From the NCBI GenBank assembly GCA_040954595.2, contig CM082592.2:6303531-6367530 (forward strand): a stretch of 64,000 bases of DNA, given 5' to 3'. Both the position numbers and the translations under genes were made by a program. Of this stretch, positions 38,091-49,800 are shown one piece after another. Positions within the stretch are counted from its first letter, which is position 1. Every line of letters begins with the position of its first letter. Below the pieces are notes generated by a model that was not told the DNA's origin, made no database searches, and worked only from the letters and a program-made list of their open reading frames with translations. This DNA comes from Balanoglossus misakiensis (taxonomy: Eukaryota > Animalia > Hemichordata).

Positions 38091-40317
38091 TTACACAGAG
38101 AACTGCTGTTCCAACGGTTTCTGCTGTCTCTCTACATGAGTGGTCATTTCAGTCTCCTCGACCTCCAATTCTGAATCACTGCCCTCGTCGTCATCATCGT
38201 CACTATCATCATCGTCGTCTACCGGTACATCAGCATTTACTATTTTGCTTAAAACTATAAAGATGACCATGAAAATGATCAAAATGGGTACAAGAACAAT
38301 CAGGAGCATATTGTCTTCAGCCTTAAATCCGGGTTCTGTAGAGACAAAAGAAAAAATGTCACGATTATGAATATAATGCAACCTCCGAAAGAAAGAGTGA
38401 AAGAAGATGTGTTGAGGCATGAAACTTACCCCGTTCGCCTCTTCCCAGATCATTATTTAAATTAAAGTCTGTAACTCTTGGAATTGTGGGATGTTTTGGT
38501 CGCTGGGTACGCATTGGCATTGGCAAGTCCCCCTCGCTCTTTGATGGGGTTGTCGGTTCCCTAGTACTTGGTGGAACCGTTGGCCGAGGGCTGGTCACTA
38601 ACGGTGAATTTTCACAATACTGACCGCGTTGCCCGATGTTGCAGTATCCCCATCCGGCCGCCGTTCGACACCAAGCCCACGACCGCTGATCTGTGTTACG
38701 GCAAAAGTTCTCATCCTCCTGGGGATGACTGCGTCTGGGGTGAATTGACGAAGCCCAGTTTGTTGTATCCTGCTCCAAAGATACTGGTTCACTGGGAGCT
38801 GTCGAGCCCCACAGATCTGCATCACTGGTTTGTGTGGTTTCTGTGTGCTTGAGTAGTTCCCTCGTATTAACGGTTGTTTCAGTGAAATCACGGTCTGGCC
38901 ACAACGCAGTGATCACTTCTGTGGAATCTAAAGCAGTCGACGGCACCTGTGACGTGTTTGTTGTCAAAGACTGCCTCTCAGTTGACCATGCTGGACTGCT
39001 GATTTCGGAACTATCTATCCACGGGAGGCAATCTGCACCATCCTCGGTCACAGAAACAGTTCCATGATAATCAGACGCATCCTGTTCCACAAAACACTCT
39101 GTTTCCTTGTGTAAATCTGGTGAAAAAGAAAGATGTTTATCATTCATAAAAACCATTAGGCCTATAGAACTGCAGCAATTTAGGCTCAACTGTACAGTGA
39201 CTTTCACATGATTGTTGGAAAACTCTTACTAGACACTTTTTACTTGACACTTTTTACATCCTTAGGATTATGACCAAAGGAGTGTTCTTGGAAATACATG
39301 TCAGTGGAAGTCAACAGTGGTCTTGGGACTTTATGAAGCCATAGATGCAGAAGTGATTGCCAATATACTTTTGAAATGCATTACTATCTCAATACACTCA
39401 CCTGCACAGAGTTTGGATGCTTCAGTGAGACCCTTCACTGATAAAGTTGTATTATAAATCTGCAAGCAATACGTCATCCCCACAAATTTGCCTTGCGTAC
39501 CTCTTCCCACGGTTATCGGGAAGTCAGTTGCCATGGCTGCACTGCCTACAAGCTTTGATTCTACAAGATGCCCATTTACCCACAGAGCTATCTTCCCGTT
39601 CCGGTGATTCCGGACAAGGCCCAAAGTCGTCCATTCGCGTAAGCGTATTCCGTCTTTTGCCAGCAATTCTTCCGCACGTTCAAGAGAATCTCTCCGGGAA
39701 AACTGAACGATCAAGTCTAGCCTCCGGTGGTAAATCTCTACTCCAGTGACGTTTTTATCCGAATAGCTCAGAATGGTGCCTGAATGCTGTTCGGTTATGA
39801 AGACTTTCAGTAGGATGGTGAATGAGAGGGGGGTGTCCGGTGTTACATAGTTCACTATGATGGCCGCAGATTCATCGACCCCATCGAATGTGAGGGCTCC
39901 TCCCGACACACCCTCGGCTGGTCTAGTGAACCGCAATCCTATTATTTGTGCATCATTTTGGTGTTCACTGAGATCTTTGCCAAGGAAATGACCATCGAGT
40001 GGCCAGAACCCTACAGGGCTAGGAGCTGAAATATGACCATTGATGATAAATATGCTAAATCGATCATGTTCTGACAACCTGGTAACTCAGTCAGACTACC
40101 GATCATAGTGAAAACATTTTCACTGATTCAACACATTTGAACATTCTTTGCAAGCTGTAAAAACTTTAAAACAAAGTAATGTTTATATCGCCTTTCAAAA
40201 ACTGATGTTGTCATGTGAATCATAGAATGTATCTTTACCTTTGACAAACGTCGTGCCGGTGTCTCCCAGCAACGCAATCCAGAAGAGGATATGAGGTGGC
40301 GCCCTCATACAACCCAT
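38091..40317 (-). CDS. Uncharacterized type I membrane protein: signal peptide, LamG-like jellyroll, interrupted kringle, P/T stalk, TM helix, acidic tail (~544 aa)
   Basis: Exons 40317-40239 (MGCMRAPPHILFWIALLGDTGTTFVK), 40025-39402 (PVGFWPLDG...GGALTFDG...SFTILLKV...WTTLGLV...IALWVNG...FVGMTYCLQIYNTTLS), 39116-38430 (ECF...DYHGTVSVTEDGADCLPW ... NFCRNTDQRSWAWCRT..WGYCNI..QYC) and 38335-38091 (LLIVLVPILIIFMVIFIVLS TM, poly-D/E, QFSV*). All three introns are GT-AG phase 1 and the 1635-nt frame is open. Confidence 0.85.
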
Positions 40318-41183
40318 CTGTTACAGAAATTCGAAGTACATTACAAGCAAATCAGGAAATCATTTAGATTATAAAGAGGTTGATTTCAAAATTGCAATAC
40401 TTTTGACACATCCCACGGTCTATGGTCACAACATCAATTTATGAAAGCGTGGATGGGCGTGGCTTAATAATTGACAACATTGGCATTGGAGCAAATATAT
40501 ACTATTATGGCGTTTTTTTCTGTTCTATAGGATACCATATTTATGAAGGAAGCTGCCTTGTATTTCGATCACCTGCCTTGCAAGGTACAACACATTGTCC
40601 GAATAGTATAGTATAGACAACAAACAGCAATGTAAACAAAAAATAGTCAAACCCAACGAGAAAGATAATTCTGCAAAAACAACTAGGACAAGATTTGGTA
40701 CCTACACATAACAGAATACACAAAATGTTGAAAAACTTACGTTTTCTCGACTCTTCCAACAAATCTCTTAATAACTTGGCAAATGGGTCTTATGTGGGTC
40801 TTATGTGCTCCATTCAAAGAAACAGACAAGGAAGAACCCTAACTCTGCCCTTACCAGTAACTCTGTCAAAGTAGGAAGATGTTCCAGACACGAATTGAGT
40901 TTTAAGTGGCTGATGCTGCCACACCCTAGCTCCTGGCCAAAATAAATATATCTATGTAGGTTTTGAATTTCCCTGTATGGGCCTATCAAACATTCGAGCA
41001 CGCAGTCATGGTGGTGGCGAAGATACTTATGAATCTTCTCTTCCCCTAAAGGATCAATGGTTTTGCCTCGCTGCTGACGTACATGGTGGTGTTGGTGATG
41101 CGATGCGCCAGTGGCAATAATATCCCTAAATCAGCGATTTGCAAGAATGCCATCTGTAGGTTTTATTCTGTGGATACTAAATA

Positions 41184-41334
41184 CAGTCAAGTCTGTGTTC
41201 GTAACCACCTCTATATAGTGGCCACTATGTTACAGTCCCTGTGCAACTTACATGTACATGTGCATTAATTGACCTGTCTATAAAGGCCAGTTTATGCAAG
41301 TCCCTTGACTGGCCACTATACACAGGTTTGACTG
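41184..41334. mobile_element. Tc1/mariner (pogo/Tigger-like) MITE
   Basis: TA|CAGTCAAGTCTGTG ... CACAGGTTTGACTG|TA: imperfect TIRs starting with CAGT, TA on both sides, 151 bp, non-coding. Confidence 0.7.
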
Positions 41335-41486
41335 TACATGTACTGTCATCACGTGCCATCCATTGACAACTACTGTCATAAAAGTTCTGATCTTTGATAA
41401 CTTTATGCAAGCCGAGCCCCACAACAATCTCACCAATTCTTGTCACTGGAGCTAATAACTCACAGCACACTTCAAGAAAAGTCCCA

Positions 41487-41508
41487 TTTATTTGTTTTAA
41501 TATTTATT
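41487..41508 (-). terminator. Distal candidate polyadenylation signals of PAFAH1B1 (proximal candidate at 46580-46585)
   Basis: Two minus-strand AATAAA (plus-strand TTTATT at 41487 and 41503) close a ~5.3-kb tract that is U-rich on the minus strand. Confidence 0.4.
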
Positions 41509-44500
41509 TGACTTGCTAGCAGCTAGACAGACTACATTCATAATAATTACAAGTTACACTGCATCAAAAAACATTGAATTGGATAAATTTGTGGCTTTTT
41601 TTCTTCATCATTCATAATTGTCAGTTGTAGGCATTAAACTTGCAAGAAATTCACTCTCTCAGAAACAAAACAGAAAAAAAAATTATACATAATATACATC
41701 TTGTAGAAAGTTGTGTGCAAAAACTATAGACATGGCTCTGTAACCAATCAATGAATTATATCACGAGAAAAATATTAACAGAAGGGAATTAACTTTTCAG
41801 CAGTAAAAACACAAGTCAAATCAATTTCAGGGAGGAAACCCCCTTTTGAACCCTGTGAGTAACTTTTTTTTTATAGTTCTTGAGAACTGCAGCTTTTGAT
41901 TGGGAAGTAAATGTTTTCAGAAAGAAAGTTCTAGAATCACTGGTCTGCTTAACACAGTGGGGGGGGGGGGTTGCTCATTCATTTTTTTTTATTTATCCAT
42001 GGCATTTTCTGTGGACAAATGCTCTGTTTTTTTGGTGATAATATCAGTCGCTTTAGAATGTTCCTTGGAAGAAACTGTGTTCCAAACTAAACGCACCTGT
42101 CGAAACCCACGGAGCCGTGTTTAAATGGACTCACTACGGATATGTGTGAACACCTCGAAGCACGGTTGGTTTTTCTCTCTCTAATAGTTGTGTGTGTTGT
42201 TACCATGATCTGTTGTGGCCATCAGGAAAGCACTATGGGGTAAGCTCCGAGACACGCCCAGTGTATATTGCAGAACACTGCACAACGTCTACTTGCACTT
42301 ACACCACAGTACACACACTGGCACCCCTTTCATGTCAGATGACAAACAACAGCTCTAAACATTTTTCTCCCTGAAATTATCTTTGACATGACCTTTCAGA
42401 TCAATATCTAAAACTTCTCAGCCTAGCACGTACCATTTCTGAAATCTAGGGGGGGGGAAGAGGTGGGGGGCCTGAAAAGAAGGTGGGTGTGTATTCTTCC
42501 GTCATTGAGGAAGATCTCTGGACGAGGGATGCTGTACAAATTGTAAATAATAATAAATGTGCAAAGCATAAAGAACTTTTTTTTTACATTTGGCCAGACT
42601 CTTGCGACTGTGCCTCTGATGGGAGTTACTTTAATGTTAAAAAAAGAATCATGGCAAGATTATTTGGAATTAGGCTGAAAGGAGTACATTTGAAGTATAG
42701 TTGTAATTAGACAGCCAGGCTTGTAGCCGACAAGGGCTTCCTAATGCAGCTAAGATCTGACCTTAAAGGTACCGGGTCATCTCCGATTTCCAAAGGCTCT
42801 TTTTTTACGCGTGTGCCACCCACTGAAAATCTGTGATTGGCTAGATTTCAGTGGTAATTAACTGTAGCTAAATTTCCACAGGTGACAGTATACCTGTGAC
42901 GTGCATGGCAATGTCGTGTATTTTTTCACTGGTATGGAGATAATGTTGCACACTTGCCAAAAATGATTGTTTTGTTTTGATAACTTCATGACAGATGTTT
43001 GTCCTTCGGTGCTACACTGAATGCCTAACGGGAGTCTGTTGTTATCCAGCATCGGATGTCAACGGAATGGAATTATGCCTGCAGCTTGGTCGGAAATTTC
43101 TTCTAGGAAGAAACTGATCGGTCAGATTTGGGTTGGAGAGACCAGAAATAAAAAAGGCATCTGCTGTATATTTTTTTTTTATCTCCTGAGCAACAAACAA
43201 CAGCATTAGTTGCATGCTGGGTACAAAACATCTGTAGGACGCTTCAAACTGGTTCAGGACGGGTAGTGATTTGCAAACGGGGCCTTTCCGTACAGACAAA
43301 CCGGAAAAGGGTGTTCTGCTAGCGCGATTCCGCCTGCAAGCCGATCTTGTTTGATTTTTGCCGAGATGAAAAAGTTGAAAATTTCCTTTCAGCCCGAATT
43401 AAATACCAAGAAAATGTTGTGCGATACCCATATTACACGTCCACTGCAGAGGCACGGACCCAAAGAAGGTGCTAAAACAGACCATTTCAGAAATTTTACA
43501 TCAATTTGGTTGGATTGTTTAAAAAAAAAATTCCTGACTTTGTACCCACAGTATGATACTATGAGAGTCGAAGATAAACACAGCATAGCAACGACAGTGG
43601 ACAAGTAGCGAGTATCACACTCCACAGCACATGTTTGTACACTTTGAAAGCATTTCAGTTGATGAGCATCTTACAAAGGCACGTTATATACTCTCCTGTT
43701 GGTATTTACAGCACTGATTACCTAATTATGTGGCTGATTTTTTGAGAAATGTTGTGAAGGTAAGAAAATTCTGCCAGCAGGACCAGTCCAGTGCAGTGCT
43801 GTGAATACCAAACAATTCAGTCGCCAGCACACGCCTGATTCATACAGAGCGAACAAAGATTGCTGTGCTGATACTTGCTAACAGGTCACGGTTCTGTGTA
43901 AAAGGCGAGGACTCTTGAACAAAAAAATTCTCTAACTGAACACAAACTTTCTTTCACTGACCCAGGGAAATTACGAAGAAACTCTAGGTCGCAGCCTTTT
44001 TCTCTTCAAAAAGACGTAAAGCAAAATTTTCATTATAAAACTTGACACAAATGAAAAATATACAAATGGCAAAATAGACAGAAAATAATACTCTGAATCA
44101 AAACTTGTCGGCTGCAACTCTTTTTTCTCTCTCTTGTCGTAAAAGCTTATCCTGTTATGTGTACTTGATCAATTAGAGACGACAGTAAAGAAATGGAATA
44201 AAGATCGTACAAGGTGACAGAGTTGGAAGCATGTGACATCATCCTGCCCCCCCCCCTCCCCTGTTATCAGAATGAGACTAGCCCCATCGTTCTGTAATGG
44301 TGGGACTGGTCCATTTACAACCAAAACAGGGGAGGGAAAGGGTTTCAAAAAAACATGGACAAGCCTAGTCACATCACACACTCACTTACTTAGGACTAAA
44401 AGTTTTTTTCTATCAAGACATACATAAGTGACACCAATTTCTAAAGCTTATCCGGGACATATTTTTCGCTGTGCTGTGAATTTTTGTGGCGCGTGTCTCT

Positions 44501-46812
44501 TTCAGAAGACCCAGTGAACAACCAAACTACTGCAAGCAAATGTCTAGATGAGATCGTTTTCTGTGCCTGACCATTGAATTGCCAGGAGAGTTGACGATTA
44601 CATGTTTTGAGTTGACACCACCAGAGAGCATTTTTTTTTCAAACTTCAGAAATGCGAGACTCGGCCTAGACTTACTTTCCAATTCACAGCACAAACACGG
44701 CAACTACTTAACTATCTTGAATACGGAAAGGATATCGTTAAAGAGACACAGATTATAGTGACCAAGCACAGATAACTTTTTCCACAAATTCACCTTGTGT
44801 AACGTCGTAATATCAATGGTGTGTACTACTTTCAACTAAACTTCCTGTAAAACCTACCAGAAAAATAGAATGCTTTTAATTTAAATGAACATCATGCTTT
44901 GCTTCTGAAAAATTTCACAAGTTTTTCATATTTGGACTATTTTACACATTCAGGGGGGAAAAAGCACCTATACAATAGTTATTTAATTCATAAGCAGAGA
45001 ATCTACTATTTACTGTGCACGTGAAGGGGGCCTAAAACATTTAAAATATCATTCTGCAAGGTCTGACCCAATTGGTTGAGGCAACCTCGAAGGACCAATC
45101 ACAGGTCTCTCTACTTTCGTCACAGCCAATAAAATTCTACACAATACTTATATCCGAGACCTGCTGTACAAGAACTTCACGAATGTATCATACAACATAT
45201 TATGATGCTAAAATGTTTCACTATCGGTGTGAACTCTCTAGTCGTGTTCCAGTCCACAGATCTCTCCTAAGCTGGTTCGGTTGTATCACCAAACACAGAC
45301 AAAAAAACCAATAAATACGCTCTGTGAACAACATGGGCCAAAATATATACTTACTCGATAAATGGCCATTTGTACTGATATAGAGTCCTGCATGAAGAGA
45401 ATAGATATCAATTGTGGGAATGACCAATTTTTTTCTGTACTGGTAAATGGAACTTTTAAATCCTACACTTTTCAAGTTTAATTTTACACCTATCTGAATA
45501 AAATGGAATTTGTGTCATAACGAACAATGCCAATTTTCATCATTTAAAAAAAAATATTCTTCAGTTTAAACTTCTAATCGGCAGTGTAGTCCTCTTGATT
45601 TTTTGTTTTGTTTCTGTTTTCTCTCAGGATTTCAATTTATCTTTACCAGACTGTAGGGCCCTATGCTCTGAACCCGGCTCGGTCACAAGCCAAGAAAATC
45701 CTGTTGGCCAGGGAAGGTTTGAAAGCAAAAGAAAACAGCTGGTGATTTAGGTTAAAGAGTATAAACCCAAGACTAAAGTCATGCAGAGTTCTGTGCACCG
45801 CACCTGATAGCAACTTCAAAATGCAACTGGAATTAGAATCATCAAAACAGTGTATTTTGGATTTTTTTAAAATATAAAATCTGCCTGGCAAGACATCAAC
45901 CTTTCGTTTCCATGTGAACTGACTAGATCTAGCTACCGTACTGCCATTTCGGACATTTCCTAATATGACAATACCATGATTAATTATCAGCCACTGGAAC
46001 ACAATCTGATTCTGTTGGGTTTTTTTTTCATACTTCTTTTCGTTGGCTTTCTTGGAATAATAACGTTTTCTCTACACCTACATGTCATTTGCTTCGTGAT
46101 AAAATGACATAAGTACTGTTACTCAACATCTGTTTTGATGGAAACCAGTGATTCTAACTCCGTGGCAAGCTCACAGCCAAGCTATGAAAAATTGGTTCTA
46201 GACTTCTCTTGATGTTGCACCGTCTACATCATGCTATGCTTAGATGGCTATACATCAATTTAGAATGCGATTCACTAGCATGTTGGGGGGGAGGGGAGAG
46301 GGGCAGGCCCTGGGGAGTTGGGAGGGTTTCAGTCTTGCGAGTGACATTCTTATTTTGTCATTGACTAACTGGAATAAACATTATGTGACAAAGAAAACGA
46401 AAGAAAAAAAAGAGGAAAAAGGCAAAGAAAAACTGATCCTGACTTTTATATTTTTTCTGGCTCATCTTCCCCGTTATATCTACCCTCTTCTGCAGATGAC
46501 ACTTGACTACATACAAAACATGGCAAAAAATGTTTTCTGTTACAATATATTTCTGCGAATTTTTTAATTCGATATTCATTTTATTTCACTGTTCCACCTA
46601 GACGGGCATATACACATATAAAACAATGACTAGAGAAGCAATGTCTTTTAAATTGAGAATATATTAACATTGTAACAGATATGCCATAATTTGTTTAGAA
46701 ACCTTGTAGGGAATTCACATCAGAACTGAGTGGTCCATATTCTGTTTTTTTTTCTCTCTCTTCTTCTCTCTCTTCCCATCTCTTTGTAATTTTGAGTTGT
46801 GATGGACCTATT

Positions 46813-49800
46813 TCAACGGCACTCCCAAACTTTGACGGTCAGGTCAACGCTGCCTGTGATAACAAATGGACTGGACTTGTGGAAATCTACAAAGGGAAAG
46901 AAATCAACAGGACATGAAAGTCAGTCAGTGATTAATACTGTAACATCAAGGTATGTATTATGACCAGCGTGGGCAGAACCCCCCCCCCCCCCCCCCCCGA
47001 GTACGAAAAAAACAGAAAGTCCACTTTACCGATGGAGGTGACGAAATGCTGATGTGCATCCAGTGTCTTCATACACCGCTTGTTCTTGTAGTCCCAGATT
47101 CGTAGGGTCTTGTCGTCAGCAGCGCTCACTATGTACTTGCCAGCTGGGTGGAACACCACACCGCGTACCCAGTTGTCATGGCCGACCTGCATACAATACA
47201 TTGAGATATTTTGAATGAAAATGTACCACATGCATTCTTTACTATCAATCACGTGATCTGGCAATGTGTCACATGGCGCAGTCATTTCCAGATGACGGGC
47301 AAGCAATATTTCGGCATCCAGTAAAAGTTTTTCCGAGTATGTTTTTACTTTCGAACCGTCAAACACATAACATGTATCGGGTATGTTGCCTCATCAGCCT
47401 CATTGCATTTCGTCTGCACAGTCTTTGTCTGCACCACGTAAGTCCACGTTGCTGAAGTTGCCCGTCATCTGGAAATCTGAACGCGAACGTAACTGCCACC
47501 TGAACGCGTCTGACGTCATTTGATAGCGAAGAATTCCCTTACTTATACAACTCTATAGGCCCATATTTGTTGACATGGGCATTTCTATAAACAGTATACC
47601 TTTTGTACATGCAGTCTGCAACTCTGTCAGAATATAGAGATCACATGAACTATGAAAAGGGTGGGGTTTGAATCCCACTTACCAGTGTCATCACGCAAAC
47701 TCCAGCACCAATATCCCACAGCTTGATGGTCTTGTCACGGGATCCTGATATCAAGAAGGGGCTATTACGAGATTTCTTCGACTGAAACAAATGATGTACA
47801 ATGTTAATAAACACATTTTTTCAAGAAAAAGAAGGAAAAGCTCAGATGCTAGAAAACTACATGTAGTTTGAACAAGGTGCTCAGTGTTCTTTGTCTTTCA
47901 CAAGTATGCCTTGAAACACTGATTTCATCCCATAGCTGTTTTCCTACAAATAAATGTTGCAGGATAAATCGATGGGGACTTAATTATTTTCTTGTGTTAG
48001 CTGCGGAAGGCTCTCCATCGAAAGGTGGTTCCAGATATTTCATGTAGTCTGAAAGGGTGACAGATTTTGGCGCCTGGTAGAAAGAACACTGAGCTTCCTT
48101 TCAAACATTAAAGAATGTTGCTTTTCATGGTGGTGATTGAGAGACAGAATACATGTCTAGAAGTGATCGATACAAGAGAGAGAGAGAGAGAGATAAAGAG
48201 ATGAGATGAGATAAGTAAACTCTCAGCAAATACAGCACTCACTGCAACAGAAGAGAACATGAATGACATCAAAAATAGACCCTATGATATATCACTCTAT
48301 GGGTTGGGCTTGGGCTGAGGGAAATGTACTTGATGGTATAATTGAAACGGGACACAGGTAGGAAAGAGGAGGGGTTATGTTAGAACAAAGTGATGTAATA
48401 TTTTGCATTGAGGTAAGAGCGCCCCCTAGTGTCCAAAATCCCCCACCCTTTCCCTAACAGTACTTACGACTGAACCAATAACATTCATAAAATTTGTTTA
48501 CCAAGCAAACTTCCCAGATCATGAGGGATATTGGCTGATTTTTCGAAGGTGGGATATTGATTCATGGCCCCAAATTTGAAAGTTGTTACTCATGTGAAAG
48601 ACAAATAAAAGATCTCGTAGATTTTGAAGTTAAACAAAGACACTAAGGCACATTGGCATTGACGAGAGAAAAAAAGATGACTTCTCAGAGGATGACTTCA
48701 GAGAGAAGGAAAGAAACTAGATCAAGTTAGTAAATTAGACACCTACTATTAGAATATACAATTATTATTAAGTCAGTGAGTGTTAGAGCATTTGATTGAC
48801 TATCATGCAAAATGAATACAAGCATCATATAAAAATATACCTGGTCTTTGAGAGTGGCGTCATTTGTAAGCTGTGAAAATACCCACCAGAAAATACAGAA
48901 TGAAAATAAAATAGAACATAAAATTTCACTGAAGGATACACATCCAATAGTTGACCAACGTCCCTTGAAGCACACACCCAATCCAAAACAGCCCGAGTAC
49001 AGAATACAGCACCAGATAACTTGGACTTTGCAGTCCAAATGATGAACATGACATTCAAAAGATATTGTTTTTGCAATATCAGATATTAATGCATCAGGCA
49101 ACACAAGCATTTGTTTTGTAAGGAATTAACACACAGACTAACACAGCAGTTTGAATCCGTTTTAGCAGTTACTGAAAACAGATACAAAGTAAAAACCAAC
49201 TGGCATTGAGGCCTCTAATCTGCAAATAAATTTTTTAAATTAAAATTATTTTCTTACCTCTGAGCCAATGGCCTCATTAATTGTAGGAAGAGCAGACACT
49301 GGTGCCCATGCTATGCACTCCACAACATGTTCATGTTCTCGTAGTTCCAACTTGCATTCTTTGTTAGCCACTACCCACACTCGAACAGTCTAAAGAAACA
49401 TAACAAACAATTACGTTTTGTGCACGATTTTAATACAGCCATCATGGTCATATTTTGAGAAAGATTTACAAGATCAGTTACTGTGTACTTGCCCATTTAA
49501 ACATAAGATTTGAATGATAATGCCCCACTAAGAACTTAAAATGTAGGTAGTTGGGAATTCATGAAATTGGTACTCACCTGGTCATTGGAACAACTAGCAA
49601 GTAGCGAGCCATCTGGGTTGACTTTGACTGACCTAACCCATTCCCTATGACCGGTAAATGTTTTCACACAGTAGCTGTGATTGGGGTAAAAAATATACAG
49701 AAATAATGTGTCACAATATACGCTTTGATCATGAAGGGAAAAACACATATGTAGTTGTCGAAAAAAACTAAACAAAGAGTGGAATTTCAGGGGCGACATA

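Noticed and set aside
39232-39259. Short tandem duplications (gacactttttac x2; also ~35171-35203, ~40785-40807, ~48676-48703)
   Set aside because: Ordinary slippage duplications with no further structure.
42763-42782. TTAAAGGTACCGGGTCATCT, similar to TTAAAGGTACAGGGTCACCT at 63902 (Kolobok-like TTAA|AG terminus)
   Set aside because: No matching opposite terminus found, and the second copy runs off the window end, so an element cannot be delimited.
47661-47680. ggggtttgaatccc resembling a tRNA T-loop / B-box
   Set aside because: No cloverleaf or A-box, and it abuts a LIS1 splice donor.
48461-48476. Minus-strand ttcAG-tc-GTAAGTA in LIS1 intron 7 (micro-exon, recursive site or duplicated exon)
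   Set aside because: A 2-nt exon is implausible, it is not a true AG|GT ratchet point, and upstream acceptors give stops or the wrong phase. The resemblance to the end of exon 7 (IGS) is too short.
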